64,000 nt of DNA from the human T2T-CHM13v2.0 reference genome, Homo sapiens. A model generated the notes under the pieces. The model saw only the letters and a list, made by a program, of their open reading frames with translations. It did not search any database and was not told the origin of the DNA. The stretch lies in NCBI RefSeq assembly GCF_009914755.1, contig NC_060938.1, one strand, 5' to 3'. Both the position numbers and the translations under genes were made by a program. Positions 28,431-44,612 of this stretch are shown one piece after another. The first letter of the stretch is position 1; each line of letters opens with the position of its first letter.

Positions 28431-31400
28431 TCAGCCACCCAGTTTGCGGTAATTTGTGACAGCAGCCCTAGGAAACTAAAACATACAGTGAACTCAGACC
28501 AAAAGTATGGATCAGTCAGCCTACCTATGGCTTAAACCGTTTAGTGGGAAAGAGAGAGAAGGGGGTGGGGGAAATCCTAGACAGGAGAACCTGAGTCAGC
28601 TTTAATTTGTATTAGACCAGCTGGGCCCACAGCTGACTCTTCAAAGCTGCACAAGTACCAACAGGTAAGCCTGCTTTACCTGAAAAGCAGGTGGGCAGAA
28701 GCCACAGGACTTGTTGGCACTGATATGTTAGGAATGAAAATGCCCTTTGTAGGGTAAGGCAGCTTCCGTCTTCCTCCACAGGAGGGAAAGGGGGAATATT
28801 AACACCATCCCACGTTGGGGGAGAAGTACTTTATCCTAGGTATCCACCTCTCTATCCTGTTGTATCTCAGGGAGGCTCCATGGCCTAATAAAAACATCTA
28901 CACTCTCTGACGTGGGATGCTCCTTAGCACTCCCCTGGTTATTCAACCATGCCAAGCCTCAGCATACCATCACCCCCTCTCGGCACCGTGAGAAGAATTC
29001 AAATGCAATAATGCAGTGGAGAACCTGGCATGTGAGAGGTGCTGGTCTGGCACCCTTTACAAAGCCGTATCTGGATACTTGTGATGGTAAACAGTCATGG
29101 TGGCCACTCACAAGCCCTCCCTTTGTGTGCCAGGCACTGAGCTGGACACTGTAGAGACTGAGTTACGATCTTTGATAAATGAACTGTGTTAGGGCTTTGG
29201 GATTTAGAGATGGTGTCTTTTTTTTTTTCTTAAAATGTTATTTATGTTATAGTAGTGTTTTATAATAAAATGTCTTAAAATTCTGATCTAATATTTTTAA
29301 AAAGAAGTGGGAAAAGCTGTCACACATATTTATTAAAAATGTATTTTTTACAACATTGCTCAATTGTTCAGCAAGGCACAGCTGAATCTTGCCAAAGCTC
29401 CAAGAGAGCCAGTGTCCACCTCAAATTTCCCCTCACCCACACTGCATTCCAACACTGTCAGGAGCACATGATTTAGCACTTAATTGGTGGCTAATTATTG
29501 CAGGTGTGCTAGTTTTATTTTCCTAGCTTAGCTCCCTCAGGGCAAAAATTACCTCCTTTCACACCATCTATTAGCACCTACTCAAAAGTCCTGCATGCCC
29601 AAGGATTAGCTGGCCTTACAGACAGGACTATGCAATAGACTTCTCTCTACCTTTCTGGAGAACAAGCCATAACAAGCTGCTTAGTGATTAAGTTAGTGCA
29701 AGGAAGGAAGCAGAAGAGACTATGACTAAGAGCTGTGCTCACATTTGGGGTCTGCTTAATAATTTCCTATTGGTTCACTCTGAAATGGCACCACCAAAGC
29801 CACGGGGCAAAACATGGAGGTGGTACTCAGAGATCCAGCTATGGGTCAAAAGCACCTGAGAAACCGGTGTGTATGTGTGCAGGCTTGTGTGTGCACGTGC
29901 AGTGGCATGTGTACATACCTCAAGGCTAAAGCAATTCAAGCTTTTCTCTTTCTAAGATAAAAAACCAGCCTTTCTCAGTGACTGCTAGAATGTATTATTT
30001 CTTTACGACTGCCACAGATGCTTTGGGTACTTGCTGGAAGCAAGAAAGAGACTTTAGCCCCATGTGTCTTTGGAAATGTGGATAGGAGAATTATGCACCA
30101 GACACTGTGCTAATTTCTTTACATTTGCTCTTTTAATTATTCCACTCAGAGGTTCTAGGGGGTTGGACCAACCCCATTTCACTGGCTGGAAAACTGCCTA
30201 GAAAAGGCAGAGCCAGGACTGGATCTGACGTGTCAGTGACTCCAGCATAGACTTCTGCAGGACCACAGTTCAATACTACTGGGAGGGGGGGTACAGAGCC
30301 ACAAACTAGTATCAGGCAAAGTTGTTAGACCCTAGACATTTTCCTCCCATACCCTCATCCACTGCCCACCAATACAACGAATGAACTTTCACTGCAGACC
30401 CTCAGATCACTTCATAAAGAAGGCCTCCAGGCCTAAATCCAGCCATGGATAGAGGGAGAGGAAAAAGAGACCTATGTTGAAGCCGTTGGACTTGGGTTAA
30501 AAGCTGCATTGTCCCTCCTCTCCATGCAGAGCAGCTAATTGAGGTTAGAGCCATAGAAACCAAACAAAAGGCTCTGAGGAGCCCACACATCCTAGCCTAA
30601 CTGCTGCCAACTACTGTGGGAAGGGCCAGAGGAAGCCCTGCTTGCCCTCATTCCTCAACAGTTTAATGAAGATTTGGTCTGTCATCTTCCCAGGGAAGAC
30701 ACTCCTGCATGACTGTCTGAGAGAAACTGATTTTTATTCTCAAACAAAACAGTGGATCCTCCTTTAAAGCCAGAAGTCGGCAATAAAATGGGTCATAAAC
30801 ATATTTATGGGGTTACAACCCCCTTAGAATAGGCACTTGGACTTCTCTCCCAGCCTCTGAGCCTGCCAAAACCAAATTTCTGGAGAAGTTCCTCAGCATC
30901 ATGGCTGGGGAGCGGTGGGAAGGTCTGCAGAGGCTGTGGGCCTCCCTGAGCCGCTGCCACAGATGGGCACTTTTCGGGCCAGATCTTCCATGGTCTCTGA
31001 AAGTTATGAGAATATTCACCCAACACCATCTATTAGCAAATGAGGATATCCAGCTTGCTTTGTATGTTTGGGATGATTCTGAAAGAAGTCACATTCGCAT
31101 TTTAAAATGTCTAAGATTTTATCACATAAATGACACACAAGAAAGCAAAATTTTATATGCATCATAAAGCAAGGATTACCTTTGAACCGGCAAAGAAACC
31201 CAACCATTTTCTTTTTAGATTTATTTTACTTCTACTCTTTAAAAACCTCTCTTTTGGGGATAGAAATTCCTGGGAAGAAGGCATTATTACTCAGATATTA
31301 AAAATATCTTACCATATGTTCCCCACATGGGCTTGAGTATACTAAACCTACCTCAGTGCCTTGAACTTACTGTCATCTACAACTTTTTGCCATTTCTGTA

Positions 31401-31610
31401 GAACTAAATTGACAAGCAGACTTTCTGGGACTGAGGATTTTAGCACTTTTCAAACAGGGAAGAAGCTGTCATATGAAAAAAAGATTAGATTTGCTCTTTA
31501 TGGATTCAAGACATTGTCATAATAACTATAATAAAATAATAATAAATTATTGGAAGAGCTGACATCTATCCATTAAGCATATTTATTATATCAGTCATTA
31601 TTTTAAGAGC

Positions 31611-32175
31611 TTTTTTTTCACATGAAAGTTTTTAGTTTATTGATCTTCCTGTGAAAAATCCACAATGGCCACAGATAACATCATTGCAACACCTTTACCC
31701 CTTCAGCTGTGATCCAATCTCCACAGCTCACTGCTAGACACCTCATTTCTTTTTAGCGACACCAACTTTGGCCTTTGCAGTCCCCCTGACTTTCCTCATT
31801 CTGTTCTTGTGTCCCTCTTGTTGCTTTCTTGAGTTCTTTTTCTTCTCATACAGACCATGTCTTACAAGTCTATGTTTGGATTCATATTTCTTTGCATAAT
31901 CCAAGAAATCATAAATCATGCCAAAGCCAGTTGTCTTGCCACCACCAAAATGAGTTCTGAATCCAAGTACAAAGATGACATCCAGTGTGGTCTTGTACAT
32001 TTTTGCTAGTTTTTCCCGAATTTCTGTCTTAGGTACGGTACTGTTGCCTTCCCGGGGTGAAGGACGTCAATGACCATTTGTTTCCTCTGAAGTCGTTGGT
32101 TGGTCATGAACTTTCTAGTTCAGATAGTTACCATGTCATTCATGATGGCGGTCTATCCTCAGACAGCCAGGGAGG
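31611..32175 (-). pseudogene. RPS24P: Processed pseudogene of ribosomal protein S24 (eS24)
   Basis: Intronless; 5'UTR, ATG at 32143, protein match ...[31 protein letters not shown]...[16 protein letters not shown], 3'UTR with AATAAA and an A-tail; TSD tatt(t/c)taagagc at 31599-31610 and 32177-32188; premature TGA at codon 8 (32120-32122) and a 5-bp duplication frameshift (32032-32041). Confidence 0.97.
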
Positions 32176-32176
32176 C

Positions 32177-32375
32177 TATTCTAAGAGCTTTAAATATGTT
32201 TTTTTCATTCAGTCTTCTCAACAACCCTATGAAATTGTTACTGTTATGGCTCTAATTTTGCTGACGAAGAAAACAAAGCTCAGAAAAGTTAAGTGTTTTG
32301 TACTGACTCAAACGGCTAGTAAGTAGGGAAGCCAGTATTCCAACCAGGCAGTTTGTTGCCACAGGACTAGCTGTT
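32177..32375 (-). mobile_element. MIR relic (host of the RPS24 retrocopy)
   Basis: tcttctcaacaaccctatgaa...gaagaaaacaaagctcagaaaagttaagtg; left part continues at about 31540-31610. Confidence 0.75.
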
Positions 32376-33620
32376 AACCGTAACACTGCATGAACATGGA
32401 ATGAACTTCCTCTCTAGACAGCAAATCCTTCGAGATGAGAGGCAGCCACTATGGTACAAGAACTTGAGCTTCACTTGGGATACTGGCAAGTTACCCCATC
32501 ATGTCCCCCTGGTGATGCTGAATTCATATTCCACTGTATTAAGCTACTTGGTATCAACATGATTTTCTAGTTTTGAACAGCTATAGTTATATTTTTCATT
32601 TTTGTCAGGAAGTTAGTGTGCCATTTAAGAAGCAGAAGGGAGATCAGCTTGTCATGGCAGGTGGCATTCAGATTTCTAATGAAAACATTTACATTTGTAC
32701 ACCTGTTCTGAAACCGCCTCCATTTCTTCTTAGAGGCAGGTGGTTAAATACATACCTTTACCAAGGTTTCTGCTCTAAAGCCAAGAGGCTCAACCCTGAG
32801 ACAGATGCCACACAGCACCTGCAGCTTGCACTACTCTTAAGCAAACCCAGTGAGAATGCATGTCAGGTTCAAGCATGGCAATAAGGCCAGAAGTGATACT
32901 GATGCTGAAAGGCCAGGTAAGATTTCATTAAACCAGCCTTCTCTAAGTCACTGTGCCACCTCCAGGGCACCAGTAATTGCCCAGATCCAATACCCACCTC
33001 CTCTCTGCCAGAAGTGCTGAGTGCAAGAAGCATCTAAAAGAGGTAAAATATTAGATTTGTTGAAAGACTGCTCATTTTGTCTCCCTCGACTACTTTTTCC
33101 CTTTACTTCATTTACTTAAGTATTAAGATACAATTCACGTTCCATCACATACAATGGAGCTTGCAACACAGAGGAAGTGGGTAATGTATTCGGTTCATCA
33201 TCCAGCCTTGAATCATTAAGAGAAAAACTTGACCAATCTTCTAGAACCTCTAAAACAGTAACAGCAACCCCCTTTTATTATTCTGAAGGTGAAGAACTAG
33301 AATTTTAGGCCCAGGCAAGCTCTTCATATCTTTCTCTCTTTCTACTTCCAGTTCCTCTTAGCCAACTGTCTCCAAAATGCCCTTTCTGGGCACCTAGAAA
33401 GAAAGAGGGACATGTCCTTTTGTAGGGTATGAAGCACATTGGCTGTTGTTACTTCTCCAAGTGAAGCTGAGCAGAAAACTACTGGCAATCCCAAGGCAGA
33501 AATAGGGCAGAAGGGTGACTGGGAAAGAGCAAGACAGGGAAAGAGAAATGTCCTATCGTAGTCTGGTGAGCTATAACAGGGAGCTGGCTGCTCTTTGGAC
33601 CAATGATTTTTACCAATTTT

Positions 33621-33975
<355 letters not shown>

Positions 33976-34979
33976 TGATGACCCATTCTTTATATAAAGA
34001 CTGACCAGTGATAGTCTCAAAAACACTATTCAAGAACTCACTCTGTGGTAATGGGAAGAAAATTTAAAAAGATGAGAAAGAACTAGAAGAAAGAAGAAAA
34101 GGTAGAGAGAAGAAGTCTCAATGTATCTTAATCATGACCCTCTCAAAAGTGACCAAGTATATCTTTCCCCACTCCAAACACTTCCTGTCATTTCCATCTA
34201 ATGAAATGTGCAGGGATGGTCTGAAGAGATGCATTCAACAGGAAAGGAAGCTGCTGGGTAAGAATATCCAGGGTGTCACCTCTCAAGAGTTATTGTTTTT
34301 CTTTTGGTTCTGGAGACATAGCTGGACTGTCAGATACCCTGCTGCAGGAAAAGTCACACACCTACAAGGGAGACAGAGGAAAGAGCTGAAGGGAGAAACA
34401 AAGACGTAAGTTGGAAGAAGACCTAGATTTCAGAGTATCGCAATGGGTTCCATAAGTTTCATAAATAATACTCTTGGATTTACTATGGAGTCAGTCCTGC
34501 CAAAATCTACACTTGGACTTGAAACCTAATTGAAGAAAGTCATTCAAAAATACCAAAATGAGTGAAAGTACGACCACAAAAAAAAATTATTTTGTTGAGT
34601 AGGAATTCATGGAGCATATTTAGGGGAGAGAGAATTTAGGAATGGGAGAGAGAGACAGACAGATATACACACAATATTAAGAGGAGGTACCTGAAAAGGT
34701 AACAAAAACAATTCCAGACTTTCAAATGGTTTTTGTAGAGCTCAGCAGCACAAAGGTTATGAGTGTCTGGTAGGGGCTACTCAGGACTGAGTAGGGGTAT
34801 GGCAGAAGGTCAAGCAATCAGAATTCCAAGGCTATTCTTACAAGGACTAAAGAAAAAACTGCCCTTGAGGTTGAGGCTGAGTCAGAAGGCAAGTGAAGCC
34901 AGGGGATTCATTTCAGGTGAAAATGAGATTCAAAGTTTGGCACGCCGTACAATAGCTGAGAACAGGTAATTCCAATTAT

Positions 34980-35220
34980 ACCTGCCATCTATGTAACAGT
35001 CATAATTTACAAGTTAACTTACCACTGCATACCTCATTTCATTCCTCAATAAACTCTGTGAAGCGGTTAGGTAGGGTGGGTATCCTTGTTACCACATTCC
35101 AGGAAGAAACTAAGGCTTAGTGGGGTTGAGTGATTTCCCCAGGTCTTATGGCTGCTAAGTGGGAGAGTGAGGGCTCCTAGTGACCTCTTCTGACTTCTAC
35201 TCCAGTGCTTACTCCACCAT
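34980..35220 (-). mobile_element. MIR relic
   Basis: gaagaaactaaggcttagtggggttgagtgatttccccaggtc...tctgacttctactccagtgct. Confidence 0.7.
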
Positions 35221-35964
35221 ACCATAACACAGGAGTACCAGAAATATCACTAAGGGGAAGGTGGATTTGGAAAATACTTAAGTGAAGGGCCAAAGTCAGC
35301 AATGTAAAGTACATGACCTGCATGGAGGGTGGTAGAAGTGGACCCTGCTGGTTTGTGGGAAAATGTGGAATGATGGCAGCTCAACAGGACATGAAAGTCA
35401 CCATGGGGAAAGGAGACTATGCCAGTCCTCCCAAGGTTGAGGGAATCAGGACCACAAGCAGAAGAAGGGAAGTCTGGTGACTTTAAGGAATTAAAGGGAG
35501 CACAATGTAGAGGTAGAAAAGGTAGGACTATCTCCTCACCATCAACAAGGATTTGAAGGATACAAGATGGCTCAGGTTGGAGTGAGTGAATGAATTAGTG
35601 GGTGAATGAATGAAAGCCAAAGACGCTGGGCAGAGAGGCTTTAACCTCAGATGAGTGATCAGCAGGAGGAGGGATGAGGATGACCATGGGTAGAGAAGAA
35701 GGTGGGAGCTACAGCAGTGACAGGAAAGGAGGTAGCTGTTGGGGAAGTTGCAGAACTTTCCCAAGGTTCTTAGTCTTAGTCCCAAGGTTCTAACTGCAGT
35801 AATAAATTCGAGGATGTGAAAATCACTGTGAGCTTTAGAGAAGATAATGTATACGAAAGTGTCTGGCAGTGCCTGGCAAATGGCGGTGCTCAACAACCTC
35901 TGATTAAAACAGAAGTCAAGTCACATGGACCCTGGGAAATGTGCTCTTCACTATTGACCTTTGT

Positions 35965-36545
35965 GTTTCAATCAAATATTTACTGTATACTACTATGGGT
36001 AACATGTTGGAAGTGATCTAATAATGAATCAGACATTGATATTGCTTTTACCCTCCAGGCACATCTGATACAGATTACAGTGTAATGTGGTAGTAAATTC
36101 ACCTGTTAGCAGATAATTATTGAGCATCTACTATGTGCCAGGCACCGGTGATACGCCAATGACAACAGAAAGTCCCTGTGCATGTGGAGTTCATGTGGGC
36201 ACAAAGGACAATCCAAATCAGACAAATCATTTCAAGTAGGGTTAAATGCAATGGAGAAAGACAAAGGAGAGTAAAGAGGTAGAGAAGAAAGAGGGCACAG
36301 GAGACCCTATTTTACTCATGAGGTGGTTGGGGAAGGCCTGTATGAGGAGGTGACAATTGAGCAGAGACATGAATGGAGTGAGGGAGTGAACCGTATGAAG
36401 ATCTTGAAGAACGACCTTCCAGAAAGAGGGAACAGCAAGAGAAAAAGCCTAAGACGTCAGCAAGTATGAACATGAGAATGGAGAAAGTGGTGACTGACAT
36501 AGCACAGCTGCTGAGATAGCAAGGAGGTCAGTCCTACCTTGGGGA
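35965..36545. mobile_element. L2 relic fragments
   Basis: ttattgagcatctactatgtgccaggcacc...gggaaggcct...gaggaggtgacaattgagcagaga. Confidence 0.7.
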
Positions 36546-36550
36546 GTCAC

Positions 36551-37636
36551 TGTATGTATGGGGGTGTCACATTATGATATAATATGAAATATAAATTAGG
36601 TACAGTAGCATGTGCCTGCAATCCAGCTACTAGGAAGACTGAGGTGAGAGGATCACTTGAACCTAGGAGTTCAAGAACAGTCTGGGCAACATGGTGAGAC
36701 TCCACCATAAATAAAAAAAGAAAACAAGATTTTAAAAAAGATAAAAAGAAAAAGAAAAACATGTTTGGTTTCTACCCCAGGTTCCTAAGACAGAACTCCT
36801 AAAGCTCTTGTAGATAGAGGTCATAGGAGAATCTTCTGTTCTAATACTTGGTTGTTGACCCTGATTCTTGACACAGACATCTTAAGTCCCTTGGAATTTC
36901 TTGGGTGAAAGGAGCATCTTTTGTCCTAATGAGGCAACTCTTGGCGGACTTCTGAACATCAGGATAGGAGCTGGTTGCCAGGGGAACCAACCATGTGATG
37001 AAAGGATTGGAACTTGCAGCCTCCTCCCCAACCTAGGAAGGGGAGAGGAGCTGAAGGTTGTGTTGATCACCAATCAATGGCCAATCATGTAATCAATCAT
37101 GCCTATGTAATAAAGCCTCCATAGAAAACCAAAAGGACAGGGTTCAGGGAGCTTCCAGGTAGGTGGACACATGTGAGTGTCAGAGAGGGTGTGGAAGCTC
37201 TGGGCCCCTTTCCACATGTCTTGCTCTGTGTGTCTCTTCTGTCTGGCTGTTATCCTTTAAATGAGAAACCAGTAAATATAAGTACAGTGTTTCTCTGAGT
37301 TCTGTGAACCTCTCTAGCAAATTAAACTTAAGGAGGGAGTCATGAGAATCCCAGATTTATATCTGGTCGATCAGAAGTATAGGTGACAACCTACTACAAG
37401 CAACTGGTATCTTAAGTGGGGGATAGTCTGTGGACTGAGTCCTCAGCCTGCAGGGGTCTGACACTATGTCCAGGTAGATAGTGTCAGAATTGAGTTAAAT
37501 TATAGAACATTTCATTGGTGTCTGCTGGATAACTGGTTGTTAGTGGGAAGCAATCCTCACATATTTCAGTGACCAGAGGTGAAACATTCTGTATTGAGAG
37601 TAAGAGCGAGAGAAACACTTTGGTCTTTTCGATCCT
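36551..37636 (+). mobile_element. MER21-like solo LTR containing a FLAM monomer (about 36596-36740)
   Basis: ccccaggttcct...cccttggaatttcttgggtga...aatcaatcatgcctatgtaat...gtagatagtgtcagaattgagttaaatt. Confidence 0.75.
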
Positions 37637-38559
37637 CAATGGGAGGCATAATAAGGAATCAAGGAAAACTTCCTGGAGGTGCTGGCAATTGAGCTGAACC
37701 TGGACAGAAAAGCAGCATTTGGTTCCACAGCAAAGAAACGCCATAAACCAAGACCCAAAGGAGTAAAGCAAAGAGTGTGTGTAGGGAGCAAAGAAGAGTT
37801 TGGTTTGGATGAAGAGGACATTCGATAGAGGGAAGTGGTGGCCAATTAGGCAGGAAAGGTGGAGGCAAGCAAGAAAGGGCAGGAGGAAAGAAAGGGCAGG
37901 AGAAAAGAAAGGGCAGAAGGAAAGGAAACCTTAATTTTTGAAAATGCATTATCTACTAGGCACCTAGGTAGGTTCTTTGTCTTATTTCATTTAATAAACA
38001 CAGCTACCCTAAAACATCCCCATTGTAATAGACGGCAAACTGAGGCTAGGAAAGGTTAAACCCCAGAGTGAGTTATGGATGTCAGGCTAAAGAAGTCAGG
38101 GTTTAGGCAGGGGAAATCACAGAAGGTTTGTAAATGCGGGAGGGACACAGGCAGAGCTGTGCTGCTCTGGGATTAACCTGGCACGCAAGGTGGATGGCAG
38201 CTCAGGGGCAGGCAACCAGCAAAGACAGTGCAGATCTCCAACCATCACTGTGGGAAAGAACCATCTTGTTTCTTTCACATTCCCAAGGCCCTGAGTAGTA
38301 GGTCAATATCAGGTAGCCAGCACTTGATTACCAGACTACCCAATTTGAAGTTCAGAGCCAAGAACAGCATAGCCCCTGTTCAATCTAATCTTCCTTTTCT
38401 TGTGACAGGGATGTCATGTATGAGCCAAAGAAGGCCAGGCTAAAGTTTTAGCTTTTTCAGACTGTAAGGCAAAGTATCAAGAAGGAGTGGCTTACCTGCT
38501 CCTCAAACACTAAAAAGTTGCATTTGATTTTTTAAAAAATAAAACAAAGCATTATGCTA

Positions 38560-39200
<641 letters not shown>

Positions 39201-39599
39201 TCCACTCCTGAAAGCTGGAGAGAAACACAATGGCTCTATAGATCTTAAATAGGGCCCTTAAAATCAGGGGAGATGAGCACTACGGATTTCCATAGCTTTT
39301 GGCACACAGATGTCTTGTGAGTATTTGTGTCCTTTCAGGGCACAGAGCTGGACCACATTTTCCAGCCCCGCTGGCAGTAAGCTGTGGCCAGGCCCTGAGT
39401 TCTGGCCAATAGGATGCACACTTCCACAGCCCACCCACCACCTAGATGACTCTGAGGACATAGAGTAGCCTGGGTTCCTGAACTCTGGAGCACTGCACAC
39501 AGACACCAACTCGCACTAACGGTGGCTTGAATGGAAAATGAACTAGGCTGAGTCACTGAAATCTTGGGTTTTTATAGCAGTTAGCCTCCTGGACAAGGA

Positions 39600-39755
39600 C
39601 ATTATATAAATTATCTAAATACTATTAATATATATCAATATATACTATATAGATTATTACATAACATCTAATCACTAGTGGAATATGTTATATAATACAT
39701 GTTAATATATTAATAATTGGTATATTAATATTCTTAATACCAATATTAATACTAG
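39600..39755. repeat. AT-rich low-complexity tract
   Basis: Almost exclusively A/T with repeated tattaata motifs. Confidence 0.7.
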
Positions 39756-40914
39756 TAGAACAGTAGGTAAATCACTGAAACTTAGTAAGTCCTAGTGTCC
39801 TCCTCTGTAAAAAGGAAGGACATTTTTCTGCTTACCTCACAGGCTGTAATTAAGGATGAATAAAATCATGTATGTGACAGCTTTTTGAAAACAGACGTTA
39901 CTTTTCACATACAAGATAATGATCATAACTACTATTACAAATGTCTGTATCTGATTTTCTTAGGCCAAGTTCACAGTTTCACTTCCAGTGAGCACCAGGT
40001 GACTTTTGTTCCAAGTCAGAAAGACCTCACTCTTAGCTCCAGCAACTCCCTTCTATTTGATAGGCCTGAAAAGCATTCATCAGGACGGTGCTTGTTGATA
40101 CAAGAAGGGAGAGGGTTGGGTGGATATGTTTAATTGTAAATTCACAGATAAGGGACACATTTTGCAAAATAAAAATAAGATCAGCTATGCTTCTTGCTTT
40201 ATATTTCCTCATTTTATAAGTGTTTTTTTTTTTTTTTTTTTTTTCCCCAAAAGTCTGGCCCTGAATCCTATTTCCGGGAGGTCACAAGGGAAGCAAGCCA
40301 AGACTGATGTATTACTAACCTAAATCATCACTGCTGGAAAAAGGGCCTCAAAGTGCACTTGAACACTAGCAATTGAGAAGGCACAATGGGAGCAAGTGGG
40401 CGTGTATGGGGCACATACCCACTCACCCACAGAGCTCCAATTAACTCCTGGGATTCCTTTCAGACTCTTCTAGATAGTGCTAGTCCACCTACTGTAACAA
40501 AAGTTCTGCCAATACTATATTTTAAACAGGTGAAGTAAGAAAGCTTTCAACAAATGTCACTTTTTCCTTTTGGAATCCATAACCCTAATCTAAATTATGC
40601 CACAGTAACAGATAATCTCAGAATCTTCATGTCGTAAAATCACAAAGATTTATTTTTCCCATTTATACCCAACAAGGGTCACCTGCAGCTCCATTCCTCA
40701 TTTTCATTTCAGGGCTCAGGTTGAAAGAACAGATCCTGTCTACAGCATCTGACTCATCCCTGGCATTCACAGGCACTGATCTAGGAGTTCAGATGCTGGC
40801 TCACATAATACATGTTTAAGCATTTAAAAGTATAAACCACGCTAGACTGTTAAATTATGTGTTATACTCCTTGACCAATATTATGTTCATAACAACGCAG
40901 AAAGCCATAATGGA

Positions 40915-41223
<309 letters not shown>

Positions 41224-42519
41224 TGATTTCTCGGAATCCTTGGAGCTCCACACAGAAATGTCACAGTGCAGGGCAAGGTAGCCCCTGGCCTGAGGCCTGC
41301 TCCCTTCCCTTTCCCCGTTCACTGCACTGCTCCAGCCTGCACTGTGAAGGCCCTGTGTGCTGTGTGGGGCCCTCCTGATCCACACATCTGAGCTCTATTC
41401 CCGGTCCCCATAAGTCTAGGGGCACACAAGAGCAGCATGGTCCACGCTTAGGTGCACAGATCTTGGAAGAGGCCACAGAAGAGAGCCAGGGTCTGCCTAG
41501 GTAGAGGATCCTGGAGTCCCGGGTACATGAACCATGGTCTAGAAGGGGGGGCATGGGGACAAGTGAAGCCAGAGAGCGCCAGAACAGAGTCCAAGCCAGG
41601 GTCTGAGGGGCAACCTGTGAGGCAGTAATGGGTGGTTTTGACAGAGGAAAAAGAGTGGTGGTGGAAGCACAGAGAAATCCGCACTGGAAATGTCACTTCC
41701 ACCTGCTTTCCACTGGCCCCAACACAAGTCAAGCGGCAATGCCTATGTCAGTGAGGCAGGAGAGCCATCCTGTTATAAGTGGAGACCACATCTCAGGGAG
41801 GGTAGGGCATGCTTCCTCCAGGAATATCATCTTCTTTCCTTAGATACCAGTACCGAGGGTTTAGGAGAAAACACGTAAGTTGAAAATAAAAGTTAACAGC
41901 TCACAACTGGTAGCATTCTAAATGTGGTGAAATGACACAGTGCCTTGCAAATAGCAGACACTGAGGGAAAGGGGGAGAATTGGATTGATATATGCCAAAG
42001 TGAAAAATGCCCCCCAATCCCAGCATCCTCTGTGGGAAAAGGACAATAATTTGGCAAAAGAGAAAGCAGTAAGTCTCCTGGGATACATTCTGGCTCAAAC
42101 TAACAATGTGTTGCTTGCGGCAACCAATTTGTACAAACAAATCAGTCCTGGGGAGGGGGAGAGGGGAGGCAACTCATACAAGTAAACCTGGCAGCATCTC
42201 CCTTCTCCCACCCTACCCTCCCTCCCACCTCTTCTCAAGAAAGCTTTTCTTCCTGATTCCAATTCTGCAGCAAAATGCCACAGACACAAGCATTTCACAA
42301 AGCATATCGGGTGAGCCCACCCTTCAGTCAATGAGAACTGAAAGAATAAAAGAAACCGCCTTTATGAAAACTAGCCAAGGATATCAAATGAAACTTTTTC
42401 TAGTTAGATGTAGCTGTTTTTCTACAACCTTAAAAAATTTTCTTCCCATTCACTAAGTCTTAGTTTTAAAATATAAGGCATTCTGAAAAGTACATTATAT
42501 TGTCATACTCATAAAAGCT

Positions 42520-42750
42520 ACTCCTTATCATATTCCAGGCATTTTATGTACCTGGTCTCACTTAAACTTCAGAACAAACCTGCAGCTCAGTATTGTCATC
42601 ATTATTATTATTATTTCCATTCTACAGCTGAGGAAACTAAAGGTCAGTGAGGTTACATGATTTGCCCAATATCACAGAGCAGGGAAGTGTTAGAGCTGGT
42701 GTTTAACCCTGTTCTGTCAAACTCTGAACACTATGACTTTCCATTATACT
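42520..42750 (-). mobile_element. MIR relic
   Basis: ccattctacagctgaggaaactaaagg...tgatttgcccaatatcacag. Confidence 0.8.
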
Positions 42751-42999
42751 ATACCTATGTCCTGTAAAGAATACGGAACTAGCATTATGCTGGTGAGAAA
42801 TTAACCACTAGCTCATGGCTCTTTCATACGGAAAAGACAGAAATATTTGAAAGACTAGCCCTCCCCAAAGCAAACAAGCCAGCCCCTAGCCCCTGAGCAA
42901 ACAGGTCAGCCCCTAAACACATCTATCATAAAAGAAATTTAAAAATAGTCCCCGTAAGATATTTCATTTTATTTCAAAATAGAAATATTTTCATTCTAA

Positions 43000-43570
43000 T
43001 TTTTTCTGATTTTTAGATTAACGTATACTTATTATAAATAACTCAAATTATACAGAAATAAATGCAGTAAGGAATAAAAGTCCTATGTCCTCTAGATAAC
43101 CACTATTAGCAGTTTGGGATATATCCTATCAAACTTTTTCCTAGATATTTAGAAATATACATATAAACACACACACTAATATAGCAAAATTAAATAGAGG
43201 CCAATACAGCAAAATGATTACACATTCTATTCTGTAACCTACCTTTTCAATTAACAATGTAATTGGGATAATTTCCATGACTGCATAGTATTCCACTGTA
43301 TGTATGTATCATATGTTATTTGACATTTGCTTAGATAGCTGGGCTTTGCTTTTGCTAATATAAACACTGCAGTACTATACACACAGCCACATGTCTAATT
43401 ACTTCCTTGGGATAAACTAATAGCTAAAGAGTATGACATTTAGACTGACACTGACTGCCAAGAATGCCTTCCAGAAAGATCTTCCCACAGTTCTCGCATG
43501 CAAATTCCCAATTCTCCACTCTCAACACTAGATATTTTCAAGCATTTTAACTTTACCAAGTCAATAGACA
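43000..43570 (-). mobile_element. Old L1ME fragment
   Basis: gataaccactatt...ctgcatagtattccactgtatg...ctgccaagaatgccttccagaaag. Confidence 0.6.
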
Positions 43571-43971
43571 TTACCGTTTAATCCACACAGCTGATTATTG
43601 GGATTAAATGATGTTTTTCATATCCTTTCTTTGCAGTTTTTCTTTTATGAACTAATGTAGTATTGACTTTTGAATTGGCATGTAAGCCAATGAGAGCAGT
43701 GGGATAAACTAATCCCTTGGCGAACCACCAAGTCATTCTGTAGGTAAGCAGATGAAAAGGCTGATTGAGAGACTTATTAAACATAAACAACTCTTTCCTC
43801 CTTATTACATCTGTGGGAAGTAAGCTATAAATGTTGGATCCAAAACCCAGCTCCTATAGCTTGTGACAATGCATATAATGGGTCCAGAAATACTATATAG
43901 GTTGGGCTTACAGTGTCAAACTGGTTATCTTGGGCAGGGTTGGGAGGAAACTTCTGAATTGTAGTTACATA

Positions 43972-44612
<641 letters not shown>

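Noticed and set aside
30815-30996. GC-richer unique segment with a minus-strand acceptor-like ctttcag and overlapping short ORFs
   Set aside because: No convincing donor, a weak pyrimidine tract and no recognisable peptide; a non-coding exon or enhancer cannot be excluded.
31743-32000. 85-aa ORF as a functional ribosomal protein gene
   Set aside because: It is the C-terminal part of a retrocopy; the upstream frame has a stop at codon 8 and a 5-bp frameshift, and the copy has an A-tail and TSDs.
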